64,000 nt of DNA from an uncultured Lentimicrobiaceae bacterium (GCA_964521105.1 CAZFPO010000003.1:5012-69011), one strand, 5' to 3'; positions 17,842 through 28,308 are shown, counted from the stretch's first letter. Notes: a model not told the origin generated them from the sequence alone. Made by a program: numbers and translations.

Positions 17842-20800
17842 TTATTCATGCATTTTTCGATATCTTCGATTCGATTTTCGACGTGCAAGTCCAACTTTCA
17901 TTTTATAATGCATTAGATATAAGGTTGGTACTAATATTAACGTAAGGAAGGAGGCAAAGGTCAATCCAAACACAATTGTCCACGATAGGTTTTTCCAAAA
18001 CATTACATTGTCTCCACCAAATCTTATTTGTGGATTTAATTCAGTAAATAATGTTCCGAAGTTAATGTTCATTCCAACAGCAAGTGGAATTAACCCCAAA
18101 ATTGTCGCAATTGCTGTTAACAAAACAGGGGTAAATCGATTTCTACCAGCCAACGCAATAGCGTCAATAGTTTTTAGTCCTTTAAGTTTAAGTTCATCGA
18201 TGTGTTCAACAATCAAAATCCCGTTTCGAATTACAATGCCACCCAATGCTACAACACCAAGTCCGGTCATAATAATTGAAATCGACATGTTAAAAATGAC
18301 AATACCCAGTAGTACTCCAATGATACTAAAGAAAATTTCACTTATAATAATGAATGTTTTTCCAATGGAATTAAATTGGGTAATCAAAATAAAGAAGATA
18401 ATGCCTATTGCAATAATCATTGCCAAGCTTAAAAAGTTCATAGCATCTTTTTGATCTTCTCGTTCGCCAGTTAATTCTGCTTTTATTCCTTCGCTAAATG
18501 GATACGAATCGGTGATTTTTTTAACACTAGCGACAACTTGTGTTGGGGTATAACCCGACAACACTTCTGAACTGATCGTTATCACTCGTTTATTGTTTTT
18601 ACGGTTTATTCCACCATAAGCATTTTTATATTTAACCTGAGCTACCGCCGACAAAGGAACTTGTCGAAATTGACCAGTTGCCATATCCCGAAAACTGATT
18701 TTAGTATTCATTAAGTTTTCAACATTTCCACGTTGAATTTCAGAATATCGAATTTGAATTGGATATTCATCTTCTCCTTCTTTAAATTTACTGGTTTCTT
18801 TGCCATAAATTGCAGTACGTAGTTCTAATCCTACTTGAGCTGTACTAATCCCTTCGCGCATAGCACGTTCGCGATCGACCTCAACAATAATTTCGGGTTT
18901 ACTTACTTGGAAATCCATTTTTAACTCTTCAACTCCAGGTATTTGTAGAGAATCGAGATAGTTTTTAAATGCGATAGCATCTAACACTAATACATCTATA
19001 TCTTCGCCACTAATTTCAATGCTAAGTGGTTTTCCTGTTGGAGGTCCCATTCTGTTTTTTTGTACCGAAAATTTTGCTCCTGGAATATCTTTCACTGCAT
19101 CGCGGAATTTATCAATGTACAAACCTGTTTCAACTCCGTTTCGTAAATGATGTTCTACAAAATTAACAGTAACTTTTCCTTTGTGTGATTGAATGCTTCT
19201 GTCGAAACTCATCCCATCACCAGCTCCAGATGCTACATTTGCAATTATTGACTCAACAACTGGGTTATTATTGCCCAATACTTGATTTACTTTGTTTTCA
19301 ACTACTTTAGTAATTGAATCGGTTATAAGTTGATTTGTACCCACAGGCATTTCAATTAATATTGAAATATTATTTGGTTCATTTTCAGGGAAGAATAAAA
19401 CCTTTGGTTTAGCAATTCCAACAAGTATTAATGTAAAGAAAAACAAAGCAGTAATAATTAACAAAAGGTTTCTTGGTCGCTTTCCAACCAGTAAAAATCG
19501 CAACTGACGTTCGTACCAATTTGAGAATGTAGGCCATGTTTTCTTTTGAAAAACATCCGTTAAACGACGAATTGCAAACGTATAAAGAAGATAAATCGCA
19601 CCCATTATTATTATAAAATTAGCTATTCCATGCCATTTCACAATATGTAATAGAGCACCAACAACAAACATAGCTAGAGCCCTGAAAATAATTTTTTTAC
19701 GACGTTTTGCGTCCATTAACTTTTCTTTATTATCCATAAAATCTACCGCGAAAACGGGGTTGAAAATATAGGCAACAATGAGTGAAGCAAAAAGAGTAAT
19801 AATAAGTGTAACAGGCATGTAATGCATAAATTGTCCAACTATTCCGGGCCAAAATGCTAATGCAAAAAATGGAGCCAAGGTTGTTAAAGTACCGGATAAG
19901 ATAGGCATAAACACTTCTCCTGCAGCAATTTTAGCTGCTTTTTTAATATCAGGTATTGTTTTATGTAATCGATGTGTATTTTCAATCACAACAATGGCAT
20001 CATCAACTACAATTCCCAAGGCAAAGATAAATCCGAACATTACAATCATGCTCAGCGAAAAACCAATTACAGGCATTATCATAAAAGCAATACCCATGGA
20101 AAGAGGCACCGAAAGACCAACAAAAAATGCATTTTGTAAACCCATAAAAAACATCAAAACGATTGAAACCAAAAGGAATCCCATAATGATTGTGTTAACA
20201 AGCTCATCGAGTGAGTTACGTGTAAAACGCGACATGTCGCCAGTAATAGATACTTGAACTTCTTTAGGTAAACTTGGTTTTATTTTGGTTTCAAGAATAT
20301 CTTTAATTTTATCGGATGCTTCAATCAAATTTTGTCCGCTTTTTTTGATAACACTAACGGTTATAACGTTTTTCCCATTTAATCTGGAAAAGCTTTCTTG
20401 CTCTTTAAAATCATCTTTTATTTCGGCAATATCCTTTAAATAAACGTAACCACCAAAACCCGATTTAATAACAATCTGATTTAACTGTTCTACAGAAGTA
20501 AACTGACCTACAACGCGCATCGTACGTTTCATTACACCAACATCAATATTTCCAGCCGAAATGGTCATGTTTTCCTGCAATACAGCTCGGTCAATATCGG
20601 ATAAAGAAATACCTGCTGCGTGCATTTTATAAACATCAACATTAATTTGAATTTCTCGTTCCAAAGCTCCAATGACATCGGCTCTTGTAATTTCTTTCAA
20701 TTCCTCAACGTCATCCTGAACAATTTCGGCATAATCTTTTAATCGTGTTAGAGGAAAATCGCCTGAAATCTGAATATACATTATCGGGATTTCAGAAAAA

Positions 20801-21231
20801 TCGATTTCCATAACATTCGGATCTGCCGGTAAATTATTAGGAAGTTTGGATTTAGATTTATCAACCGCATCTTTAACTCGTTGTTTTGCTTCCTTTACAT
20901 CTACATCTGTGTTAAATTCAACAACCACACTTGAAAAATCTTGCAATGAACTGCTGGTTACTTTTTTAACTCCCGAAAGTGATTTAATTTCTTTTTCAAT
21001 AGGTCGAGTTACTAAATTTTCAATATCCGAAGGAGATGTACCAGGATAAGGAGTACTTATCATAATTGTAGGAATCACAATGTCGGGAAATTGTTCTTTC
21101 GGAATTCGAGTATAACTCATAAACCCAATTATTGCTATCATGATGATAAGAACATACATACTGCTTTTATTATCTATAGCCCAACTGGTTGCGAAAAACT
21201 CTTTTATTTTATTATTTTTATTTTTATTCAT
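17842..21231 (-). CDS. efflux RND transporter permease subunit (AcrB/HAE1-like)
   Basis: Approx 1130-aa 12-TM architecture with two large periplasmic loops and typical AcrB N-terminal region. The track start at 21255 is a TTG; the first ATG is at 21231. Confidence 0.9.
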   Translation of the reverse strand: MNKNKNNKIKEFFATSWAIDNKSSMYVLIIMIAIIGFMSYTRIPKEQFPDIVIPTIMISTPYPGTSPSDIENLVTRPIEKEIKSLSGVKKVTSSSLQDFSSVVVEFNTDVDVKEAKQRVKDAVDKSKSKLPNNLPADPNVMEIDFSEIPIMYIQISGDFPLTRLKDYAEIVQDDVEELKEITRADVIGALEREIQINVDVYKMHAAGISLSDIDRAVLQENMTISAGNIDVGVMKRTMRVVGQFTSVEQLNQIVIKSGFGGYVYLKDIAEIKDDFKEQESFSRLNGKNVITVSVIKKSGQNLIEASDKIKDILETKIKPSLPKEVQVSITGDMSRFTRNSLDELVNTIIMGFLLVSIVLMFFMGLQNAFFVGLSVPLSMGIAFMIMPVIGFSLSMIVMFGFIFALGIVVDDAIVVIENTHRLHKTIPDIKKAAKIAAGEVFMPILSGTLTTLAPFFALAFWPGIVGQFMHYMPVTLIITLFASLIVAYIFNPVFAVDFMDNKEKLMDAKRRKKIIFRALAMFVVGALLHIVKWHGIANFIIIMGAIYLLYTFAIRRLTDVFQKKTWPTFSNWYERQLRFLLVGKRPRNLLLIITALFFFTLILVGIAKPKVLFFPENEPNNISILIEMPVGTNQLITDSITKVVENKVNQVLGNNNPVVESIIANVASGAGDGMSFDRSIQSHKGKVTVNFVEHHLRNGVETGLYIDKFRDAVKDIPGAKFSVQKNRMGPPTGKPLSIEISGEDIDVLVLDAIAFKNYLDSLQIPGVEELKMDFQVSKPEIIVEVDRERAMREGISTAQVGLELRTAIYGKETSKFKEGEDEYPIQIRYSEIQRGNVENLMNTKISFRDMATGQFRQVPLSAVAQVKYKNAYGGINRKNNKRVITISSEVLSGYTPTQVVASVKKITDSYPFSEGIKAELTGEREDQKDAMNFLSLAMIIAIGIIFFILITQFNSIGKTFIIISEIFFSIIGVLLGIVIFNMSISIIMTGLGVVALGGIVIRNGILIVEHIDELKLKGLKTIDAIALAGRNRFTPVLLTAIATILGLIPLAVGMNINFGTLFTELNPQIRFGGDNVMFWKNLSWTIVFGLTFASFLTLILVPTLYLMHYKMKVGLARRKSNRRYRKMHE

Positions 21232-21255
21232 TGTATGAGTGTTTTGAGCGTTCAA

Positions 21256-22368
21256 TTATTTCACTTGAATTATTTCGTTATCGTTTAAATTTTGATAACC
21301 AATCTTTATTATTAGGTCGTTTTCTTCCAAACCACTTAATACTTCAACTTTGCCTCCATAAGCAACTCCAGTTGTAATAACTCGTTTTTTTGCAACATAA
21401 TTAGCACCACTTTTTTCAGCCACCATAATGTATGTTTCACTCATGCCTTCTTGAAGAATATTGACAGGAACCGTGATTGCTTTTTCTTTCATGTAATCAT
21501 TAATTTTAACTACTGCAATCATATTTGCTCTTAGAGGAAAGGACATACTTCCAAGACGAATTTCGGCGGTAAAGCTACGGTTACTTGGATTTATATATTT
21601 GCTGGCAAAGGAAATCTTAGCCTCTGTTTCTTGACCGAAATCAGGGAAATAAACGATGGCTTTATCGCCATTTTTTATTTTAGAAGCGTATGTTTCTGAA
21701 ACATCTAAAACTACCTTCGCTTTTGAAAAATTGATAACTCTAAAAACTACCATTCCTGGAGCCACTGATTGACCAATTTTAACAGGTAATTCTTCAATTG
21801 TTCCGTTAATTGGCGATTTTATTTTCGACATTTCAATTTGTTCCATCAATGTTGCCAAACGTTTTTCCATGGATTCTTTTTGTGTTTTTGAACCAAGGTA
21901 CTGAACTTCGGAACCAATGTTTTGTTCCCAAAGCGATTTTTGCTTTTCATACATTGTTATTGCATAATCTAATTGTGTTTTTACTTCGGCAATACTTTGT
22001 TTTAATATTGTTGCGTCCAATTCTGCTAAAACTTGTCCTTTTTTTACACTTTGTCCTACTTCAACATAAATGTGTGTAATTACTCCTGGTGTTTGAGCTG
22101 TGGCAATAACATTATCTTCTCCGTCTAGCTTTCCTTGTAACTCAATATATGATGTAAACGTTTCTAGTTTTGCAGTATCAAGCGACACCATCTTTTTAAT
22201 TTTATTTGAACTATTTGGATCAAGATTTAAGGCAAGCTCTAGTTCCTTAATTTGTTTGTCGAGTTGTTCTCGTTCGCTTTTTAATTTTTCGAGTTGTGCT
22301 TTTTTATCCGATGTGCCACATGATGAAATCAAGAGTGTTAAGGATAAAATGAAAATAAACCGTTTCAT
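21256..22368 (-). CDS. efflux RND transporter periplasmic adaptor subunit (MFP/HlyD family)
   Basis: Lipoprotein signal (LISSCG), coiled-coil hairpin, and beta-barrel segments typical of AcrA-like adaptors. It abuts the RND gene. Confidence 0.85.
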   Translation of the reverse strand: MKRFIFILSLTLLISSCGTSDKKAQLEKLKSEREQLDKQIKELELALNLDPNSSNKIKKMVSLDTAKLETFTSYIELQGKLDGEDNVIATAQTPGVITHIYVEVGQSVKKGQVLAELDATILKQSIAEVKTQLDYAITMYEKQKSLWEQNIGSEVQYLGSKTQKESMEKRLATLMEQIEMSKIKSPINGTIEELPVKIGQSVAPGMVVFRVINFSKAKVVLDVSETYASKIKNGDKAIVYFPDFGQETEAKISFASKYINPSNRSFTAEIRLGSMSFPLRANMIAVVKINDYMKEKAITVPVNILQEGMSETYIMVAEKSGANYVAKKRVITTGVAYGGKVEVLSGLEENDLIIKIGYQNLNDNEIIQVK

Positions 22369-22397
22369 ATACTATAATTTTATTGTTTTTTATACTT

Positions 22398-23813
22398 TTA
22401 ATATTTACCTATTGCTTTATCTAATTTTGTTTTTGAATTTAATAATTCGAGTGTTGCAGATATAAAATTTGACTGTGCCGTTAAAAATTGTGCGTAATTT
22501 TGAGTTAATTCTGTACTCGTGATTACACCCTCTTTAAATTTTATCACCGCTTTTTTAAAAATTTTATCTGCTAAATCCTTGTTTTTTTGCTCCGTTTGAT
22601 ATTTACTTAAAGCATTATTAAATCCAATGGAAGCTTGATTTGCAGCCAATTTTAATCCCTCACTAACTTGAATTTTAACTACTTGGCTTTTTAGTAAATT
22701 TAGTTTTTGTTGTTGAACTTTAGCTATACGCATTCCACTCGAAAATATTGGAATATCTATATTAACACCGATAATTGATGTTGGATACCAGTCTTTTCCA
22801 GTTTCAAAAATATCAAATTCGTTACGCATTGCTTTCTTTTGGTAGGTATAAAATCCTGAAATTGTTGGAAGAAACGTTGATTGTTCACGCTTAAGATTCA
22901 ATCTTTGAAGTTTTTCCTGTGTGTTTATTAGTGAAAAATCAATCAAATTATTTACATCAATGTTGTCAATTTTTACTGGTTCAAGTGTAATTTTACCAAG
23001 TAGATTATCAAGATTGTCTGTTAGTTCAATCTTGTCATTCAAATCAATTCCAATTTGATATTTAAGCAATTGTTCTGCAACACCTGCTTGATATTGAATG
23101 GATTGAATCGCATTTTGAATGGTTAAAACGTTGATTTGAAGTTGATCTACGGTTGTTTCTTCCACAAAACCTTGTTTGTTTAATGCTTTTGTATCCAAAA
23201 ACAGTTTATTCATGGTTTCGTAACTTGATTCTAATATTTTGGTGTTTTGACGAAGGGTTAAAACCAAAAGATAAGTGTTACTAATGTCAGATTTTACATC
23301 AATTTCCGATTTTTTATAACTCTGTTCGGATAATTCGTGAAAAACTTTTGCAGCTTGAAGCCCAACAATGTATTGACCACTAAAAATTAATTGGCTAATG
23401 GTTCCACCAATAGAAGCATTGTGTTGAGTCCCGAATTTGGCCGGAAAAAATTGCATGTCGGAGCTTGATGGAAACATGACTGGTCCTGTACGCCCCTGTA
23501 CGCCTTCCTTAACCAATACGCCATATACCGAAGGACTAATAAAATCGGGTAGCAAAGTGGTGGGAATATCAAGCATGTCTTGATATTGAATTTGAGCATT
23601 TGCCTGAGGCAGTCCCATTGCCGTAGTTTCCCAAATCTTTTTCTTGGATATTAAAATGTCCGTTCGGGAATTTTGTAAAACATAGCTGTTTTTAATCGCC
23701 AGCTCTTGAGCTTGTGTCATTGAGAGAGAGTGTGTTTGTTGCGACCACGCTGGCATAATACAAAACAAACCCACAATGGACAAGCTGATAATTTTTGTAA
23801 TCTTTCGTCTCAT
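22398..23813 (-). CDS. TolC family outer membrane efflux protein
   Basis: Signal peptide, duplicated OEP repeat pattern, 471 aa, located upstream of the MFP and RND genes. Confidence 0.85.
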   Translation of the reverse strand: MRRKITKIISLSIVGLFCIMPAWSQQTHSLSMTQAQELAIKNSYVLQNSRTDILISKKKIWETTAMGLPQANAQIQYQDMLDIPTTLLPDFISPSVYGVLVKEGVQGRTGPVMFPSSSDMQFFPAKFGTQHNASIGGTISQLIFSGQYIVGLQAAKVFHELSEQSYKKSEIDVKSDISNTYLLVLTLRQNTKILESSYETMNKLFLDTKALNKQGFVEETTVDQLQINVLTIQNAIQSIQYQAGVAEQLLKYQIGIDLNDKIELTDNLDNLLGKITLEPVKIDNIDVNNLIDFSLINTQEKLQRLNLKREQSTFLPTISGFYTYQKKAMRNEFDIFETGKDWYPTSIIGVNIDIPIFSSGMRIAKVQQQKLNLLKSQVVKIQVSEGLKLAANQASIGFNNALSKYQTEQKNKDLADKIFKKAVIKFKEGVITSTELTQNYAQFLTAQSNFISATLELLNSKTKLDKAIGKY

Positions 23814-23820
23814 TTTTATT

Positions 23821-24414
23821 TTAACTTTTTATTGTTTTTAATTTCAGTTCTAAATATTCGAGCCCTTTTTGAGAGGCTATGCCACGAATGTGATACACAA
23901 AAACGGTTTCCAAAATTTCATCAAAAGAAACATCAAGAGAATGTCTTCCCCATAAGGATAAATGGTTAACCTGTTCTTCATATAGTTTGGCAATCACACC
24001 AATATTGAAATCATCTCGATACAATCCCTCTTTTACTCCCTGCTCAGTGTTGAGGTATATTTTTCCGAAAATATGTTTTTTTCGATGTTCACTCACTAAT
24101 AACCATGCATCCGGATAGTACTTCTGTAAATCGAAATTAATATTAGGGTTCATGTTTTTACGATTTTCAGCTATTTCTTTGCTGACAAAAAATAAAATAT
24201 CAATGGCATTTAAAGAATTCTCTTTAATAATATTCGACATTTTGCAGTCTAAACTTTCCATGGCACGAGTTACAACTTGCATCACTACATCTTTTTTATC
24301 CTTAAAATGATGATATAGCGTCTTTTTCGAGATTCCAAGCTCACGTGCTATATCGTCCATCGAAAGACTTTTTATTCCATATTGTAAAAATAATTCCGAT
24401 ATTTTATCAATCAT
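23821..24414 (-). CDS. TetR/AcrR family transcriptional regulator
   Basis: N-terminal HTH LSMDDIARELGISKKTLYHHFKDK. It ends 7 nt before the tolC start, suggesting it is the first gene of the efflux operon. Confidence 0.85.
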   Translation of the reverse strand: MIDKISELFLQYGIKSLSMDDIARELGISKKTLYHHFKDKKDVVMQVVTRAMESLDCKMSNIIKENSLNAIDILFFVSKEIAENRKNMNPNINFDLQKYYPDAWLLVSEHRKKHIFGKIYLNTEQGVKEGLYRDDFNIGVIAKLYEEQVNHLSLWGRHSLDVSFDEILETVFVYHIRGIASQKGLEYLELKLKTIKS

Positions 24415-24530
24415 TTTTCAATTTTTAGTTCATGTTTAAAAACTTAGGAAACAAAATAACACAAAAAACGTTTCCGTTGTTTTCACATTAACAACATTTA
24501 ACAATACGCATGGTGTTTAGGTTTGGGAAA

Positions 24531-24548
24531 CACAAAAAACGTTTTGTG
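24531..24548. promoter_or_regulatory. candidate TetR operator (7-bp inverted repeat, CACAAAA-N4-TTTTGTG)
   Basis: Perfect dyad directly downstream of the -7 box at 24552..24559. The related 16-mer aacacaaaaaacgttt recurs at 24459..24474. Confidence 0.35.
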
Positions 24549-24551
24549 CAG

Positions 24552-24559
24552 CAAATGTA
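24552..24559 (-). promoter_or_regulatory. -7 box TACATTTG (tetR-efflux operon)
   Basis: TAnnTTTG match about 140 nt upstream of the tetR ATG. Confidence 0.35.
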
Positions 24560-24832
24560 TTGAATGATCAATTGATTTTTTTTTTAAATATTTTAAACAA
24601 GGAAAATGGGAGGTGAATCGCCGAAATTGGATGCTAAAAGCAAATTGTGATATTTTTTTCAATTTTACAACCTGCCGTGGTTAATATAATGTTAATGCTT
24701 CTAAAATGGTTTAATAAATGTAAAATATGTGTAAATGGTAATTTTTATTATGTTAAAATTGAAAAAATATTTATGAAAATAAAAAAATAATATTAATTTT
24801 ATGTTGCAAAATAAAACAGATGAATAAATAAA

Positions 24833-25240
24833 ATGGAACAAAACAAAATTCATTATAAATCGATAGCTGTATCAGTAATAAACAAAAACATTATCATCTT
24901 TCACATGCACGAAAGTGAAATTACCGATGATTATAGTTTAGTGCTTGGAATATCAACTTTTAATGAATTTGTTGGACACCAAAAGCCTAAATATGTGATT
25001 TTTGATAAACGGGACTTGTTGTTTGATTCATCAAATAAAATTCAGGGTTTTTTAAAAACACAAGGTGTTGATCAATTGCTAGATTTTGGAGTTAAACGTA
25101 TTTTTTTTATTGTTAGTGATAAGCGATTTGAAGAGGTAGGAGGTATATTTGGTTATAAAGGAATTAGTGCCTATAAATCGCTGAGTAATGTTTTAGCAGA
25201 GATTGAAAAAGAAGAAGAGGCTCTTAAAATCGATAAATAA
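24833..25240 (+). CDS. hypothetical protein
   Basis: 135-aa ORF with an ATG start. No recognised motif. The 3' end overlaps the convergent gene by 17 nt. Confidence 0.45.
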   Translation: MEQNKIHYKSIAVSVINKNIIIFHMHESEITDDYSLVLGISTFNEFVGHQKPKYVIFDKRDLLFDSSNKIQGFLKTQGVDQLLDFGVKRIFFIVSDKRFEEVGGIFGYKGISAYKSLSNVLAEIEKEEEALKIDK

Positions 25241-25976
25241 AACCGTTAGTTAAACTATAAAACACCTTTTGAACAGATGGTGCAGGTTTTGAATCAAAAA
25301 AATAATTAAATTGAGTTTTATATTTAAGATTTTTAAATATTGTTGCTTCAATACTACTTTCGTTCGTTATTCTATAGTTTTTAAAAATATTTATTTGAGG
25401 CTGGTAATAAGTCGTGTTTCGAATGGTTATTTCTGGAATTGGTTGCAGCACAAAACTTAAATAATTGCTTAAACGGACTTTGTCCTGAAAGGTATCGTCA
25501 ATATAAAGTTCAAACTCATACATGCCTGCTATGCCCGAATATATTTTGTATTTTTCCTTGTTTAACAATACAAATCGACCTCCTGCACCCCATAAAAAGC
25601 GACGTTGAATTTTTTGAATTCGATTAAATTGCACTTGAGTATAAGCTTCGGCAATAAGCCATTTATTTGAAAAATCGTAATTATAGCGAAAATGCAAAAA
25701 ACCGTTGTTTAAATATCGAATGGTGTCGATTTGCATCATTTGTAAATCGGCTAGGAATATATATGTGCTTTTTAAAAAATGATATTGAATTTGAGTCGAA
25801 TTTTTGGCAGTAAAAATAGTGCTCGTGCTTTTGTTAATGTCCAACGAAAGCTCTGTTTTGCCAATTAAATTTTTAGTACTATCTGCTTCACGACGTTTTT
25901 CGACATTAACTACTTGAGCATTGATTAGGTTAAAAAGAAAAAGTAATATTATTGAGATTAAAAATGTTTTGTTCAT
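25224..25976 (-). CDS. putative outer-membrane beta-barrel protein (DUF481-like)
   Basis: Signal peptide, alternating beta-strand pattern, aromatic C-terminus (...GFIYRF), and ~250 aa length resemble YdiY/DUF481 proteins. Confidence 0.5.
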   Translation of the reverse strand: MNKTFLISIILLFLFNLINAQVVNVEKRREADSTKNLIGKTELSLDINKSTSTIFTAKNSTQIQYHFLKSTYIFLADLQMMQIDTIRYLNNGFLHFRYNYDFSNKWLIAEAYTQVQFNRIQKIQRRFLWGAGGRFVLLNKEKYKIYSGIAGMYEFELYIDDTFQDKVRLSNYLSFVLQPIPEITIRNTTYYQPQINIFKNYRITNESSIEATIFKNLKYKTQFNYFFDSKPAPSVQKVFYSLTNGFIYRF

Positions 25977-26000
25977 TTATAAAAATTGAATTGCAAAAAT

Positions 26001-26036
26001 AAAAAAAAGACCCGTATTAATTATACAGGTCCTTTT
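26001..26036 (-). terminator. terminator downstream of the C1 peptidase gene
   Basis: gacccgtat..atacaggtc hairpin (one mismatch) followed by a T-run on the minus strand. Confidence 0.5.
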
Positions 26037-26055
26037 TGTTTATGGAGATTCTATA

Positions 26056-27246
26056 TTATTGAATTTTTAATTTAGTTAAAATTTCTTTTGGAATAGACTT
26101 TTTGTTTACCATAATATCCGTTGTTTTATATCTAACAAAGGCATCAGAGGCATAAAAATATCCTTTGTAAATGTTGTTAGTGTTCCATGAATTTTTTACT
26201 AAAAAGTACTTAGTGCCAAATTGGTCGGTTGCGGTACCTGTTATTTGCATTCCGTGGTCGTCAGTTGTTTGATAATTGTCAAAAGCTAATTGACGATTAT
26301 CTTGAGTAATTTTCTTTTCAGGGACTTTTTTATCAAATGAGAAAAGCTCTTTTTCGCGATCTTTGGCAGACATGGTTTCCCATTTTGCTCTTTCTAAACC
26401 GTCCATAGCTTTCACATCGGTTTCGGGAACAATTGCCACCCCATTTCTAAATGAAAATCCTTTTTCGCTTACGTCGCTACCCCATGCAAACGAATAACCA
26501 TTATCTATTGCATAATAAAGCACTTGCATCATTTCGTCTAATGGTAAATTATATGATACATCCCAAGCCCAATTGTCGGGTATTTCTAAAATAAATGGAG
26601 CATAAAATGGGTGATGCGAATAGGAGGTAATGCAAACATAATCATCGAGGTTTAGTCCTAAATCTTTTGCATAAGAAATGGGTGTGTACTCTTTTCCATT
26701 TGCTTTAAATGTTTTTGGAACAGGACCAAAATAAGCATCTAAAATGGAACGATAAGCGGGAAGCCAAGCGGTTGTGAGCGTTTTATTTTCGTCTTTAATT
26801 ACTGCATCTAAGAAAGCTTTTAGTACAGCATCAATTTCGCCATGAACATGGTTGTCTTGTCCATAATTTAACCCCGGATATGCTTCTTCGGGCACAATTC
26901 CATAAGTTTTAATCATGTTTGTAACATCGTGGAAAGCTCCCCCGCCACCAAAGTTAATGTTGCCGTGCATGCGAACGTATTTAATCCCTTTTTCTTCATA
27001 AGCCATACGAACAACATACATTTCGGATAAATTATATTCGCCCTTGTTTAATCGAAGAAGTTCAGATTCAAGAAAAGCCATTGCGGAATAACTCCAACAA
27101 GTGCCAGCACGATATTGGTCGCGGACTGGAGTGGCTTTCACCTCTTTAGTATTTGTGAATTTTAATCCTTCGCTCTTTGAATCTTGAGCCGAAACGATGG
27201 AAATAAATCCAAGTATTACGAAACAAATTGTAAATAATTTTTTCAT
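26056..27246 (-). CDS. C1 family cysteine peptidase (aminopeptidase C / bleomycin hydrolase-like), secreted
   Basis: Signal peptide. Catalytic Cys context DQYRAGTCWSYSAMAFLE. The distal DDHGMQITG..KNSWN region fits the His/Asn region of papain-fold C1B enzymes. Confidence 0.8.
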   Translation of the reverse strand: MKKLFTICFVILGFISIVSAQDSKSEGLKFTNTKEVKATPVRDQYRAGTCWSYSAMAFLESELLRLNKGEYNLSEMYVVRMAYEEKGIKYVRMHGNINFGGGGAFHDVTNMIKTYGIVPEEAYPGLNYGQDNHVHGEIDAVLKAFLDAVIKDENKTLTTAWLPAYRSILDAYFGPVPKTFKANGKEYTPISYAKDLGLNLDDYVCITSYSHHPFYAPFILEIPDNWAWDVSYNLPLDEMMQVLYYAIDNGYSFAWGSDVSEKGFSFRNGVAIVPETDVKAMDGLERAKWETMSAKDREKELFSFDKKVPEKKITQDNRQLAFDNYQTTDDHGMQITGTATDQFGTKYFLVKNSWNTNNIYKGYFYASDAFVRYKTTDIMVNKKSIPKEILTKLKIQ

Positions 27247-27262
27247 GATGTTTTTTTTATTG

Positions 27263-27270
27263 CAAACTTA
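27263..27270 (-). promoter_or_regulatory. -7 box TAAGTTTG (C1 peptidase gene)
   Basis: TAnnTTTG match 17 nt upstream of the ATG at 27246. Confidence 0.45.
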
Positions 27271-27363
27271 CAAAAAAACAAATGAAATGTTTAACTCAAA
27301 TCGATAAAAAAGGAAATACTATCGATGAGTAGGTTTTTTTAATACAATAAAAAAAACAGTTTT

Positions 27364-28308
27364 TTATTGTATGGTTGTAAATTGAAAATGACTACTAATT
27401 GAGTCGCAACTAATAACACTCGAAATTACATCGGCAAAAACCTCGGCAACAGATACTTGAGTAATTTTAGGCGATTCGATGCGTAGGGGTAAAGTGTTAG
27501 TAACAATTACCTCGGTTAGTGTTGATTTGTTAATTTTATCAACCGCATCGCCAGATAATAAAGGGTGGGTGCATAAAGCTCTAACACTTTTTGCTCCATT
27601 ATCCATTATCATATTAGCAGCTTTGCAAATGGTTCCAGCAGTGTCAATAATGTCGTCAACTAAAACCACGTTCTTATCTTTTACGTCGCCAATAATTTGT
27701 AATCGTTCAATAACATTCGCTTTAGCACGTTGTTTATAACCAATTGCTAAATCGGCATTTAAAAATTTTGCATAAGCTGCAGCTCTTCTAGTGCCACCAG
27801 TATCTGGCGAAGCCATACAAAGATTTTCCAGATTTAAACTTTTTAAATAAGGAACAAAAACAGTAGAAGCATATAGATGATCCACGGGAACATCAAAAAA
27901 ACCTTGAATTTGGTCGGCATGTAAATCCATGGTAACCACTCTGCTAACTCCAGCAGCGGTGAGTAAATTTGCCATTAATTTGGCACCAATAGAAACACGA
28001 GGTTTATCTTTACGATCTTGACGTGCATATCCAAAATAAGGTATTACTGCAATAATTTTATGAGCAGATGCTCTTTTAGCAGCATCAATTAACATTAAAA
28101 GTTCTAATAAATTTTCGGCTGGAGCAAAGGTAGATTGTATGATAAAAACGTCGTTACCTCGCAATGTTTCTTCGTACGAAGGCTGAAATTCACCATCACT
28201 GAAATTAAATATAACAACTTCTCCTAAATTTTTTCCGTAAGATTTTGCAATTTTTTCTGCTAAATAGCGTGTTGCTCTACCCGATACTAATGTAACTAAT
28301 GATGGCAT
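27364..28308 (-). CDS. prs: ribose-phosphate diphosphokinase
   Basis: DLHADQIQGFFDVPVDHL and the PRPP-binding loop VVLVDDIIDTAGT are present. Confidence 0.9.
   Translation of the reverse strand: MPSLVTLVSGRATRYLAEKIAKSYGKNLGEVVIFNFSDGEFQPSYEETLRGNDVFIIQSTFAPAENLLELLMLIDAAKRASAHKIIAVIPYFGYARQDRKDKPRVSIGAKLMANLLTAAGVSRVVTMDLHADQIQGFFDVPVDHLYASTVFVPYLKSLNLENLCMASPDTGGTRRAAAYAKFLNADLAIGYKQRAKANVIERLQIIGDVKDKNVVLVDDIIDTAGTICKAANMIMDNGAKSVRALCTHPLLSGDAVDKINKSTLTEVIVTNTLPLRIESPKITQVSVAEVFADVISSVISCDSISSHFQFTTIQ

Noticed and set aside
18008-18454. 148-aa ORF antisense to the RND permease gene. Similar antisense or alternative-frame ORFs occur at 1568..1855, 7206..7475, 9040..9291, 19994..20257, 21810..22079, 22100..22465, 27479..27739, 29107..29436, 37640..38002, 39037..39423, 50847..51179, 62327..62629 and elsewhere.
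   Set aside because: All lie entirely inside longer ORFs with clear family motifs. They show the low-complexity, I/L/F/S/K-rich composition expected for shadow frames in AT-rich DNA, and none has a recognisable motif or its own promoter box.
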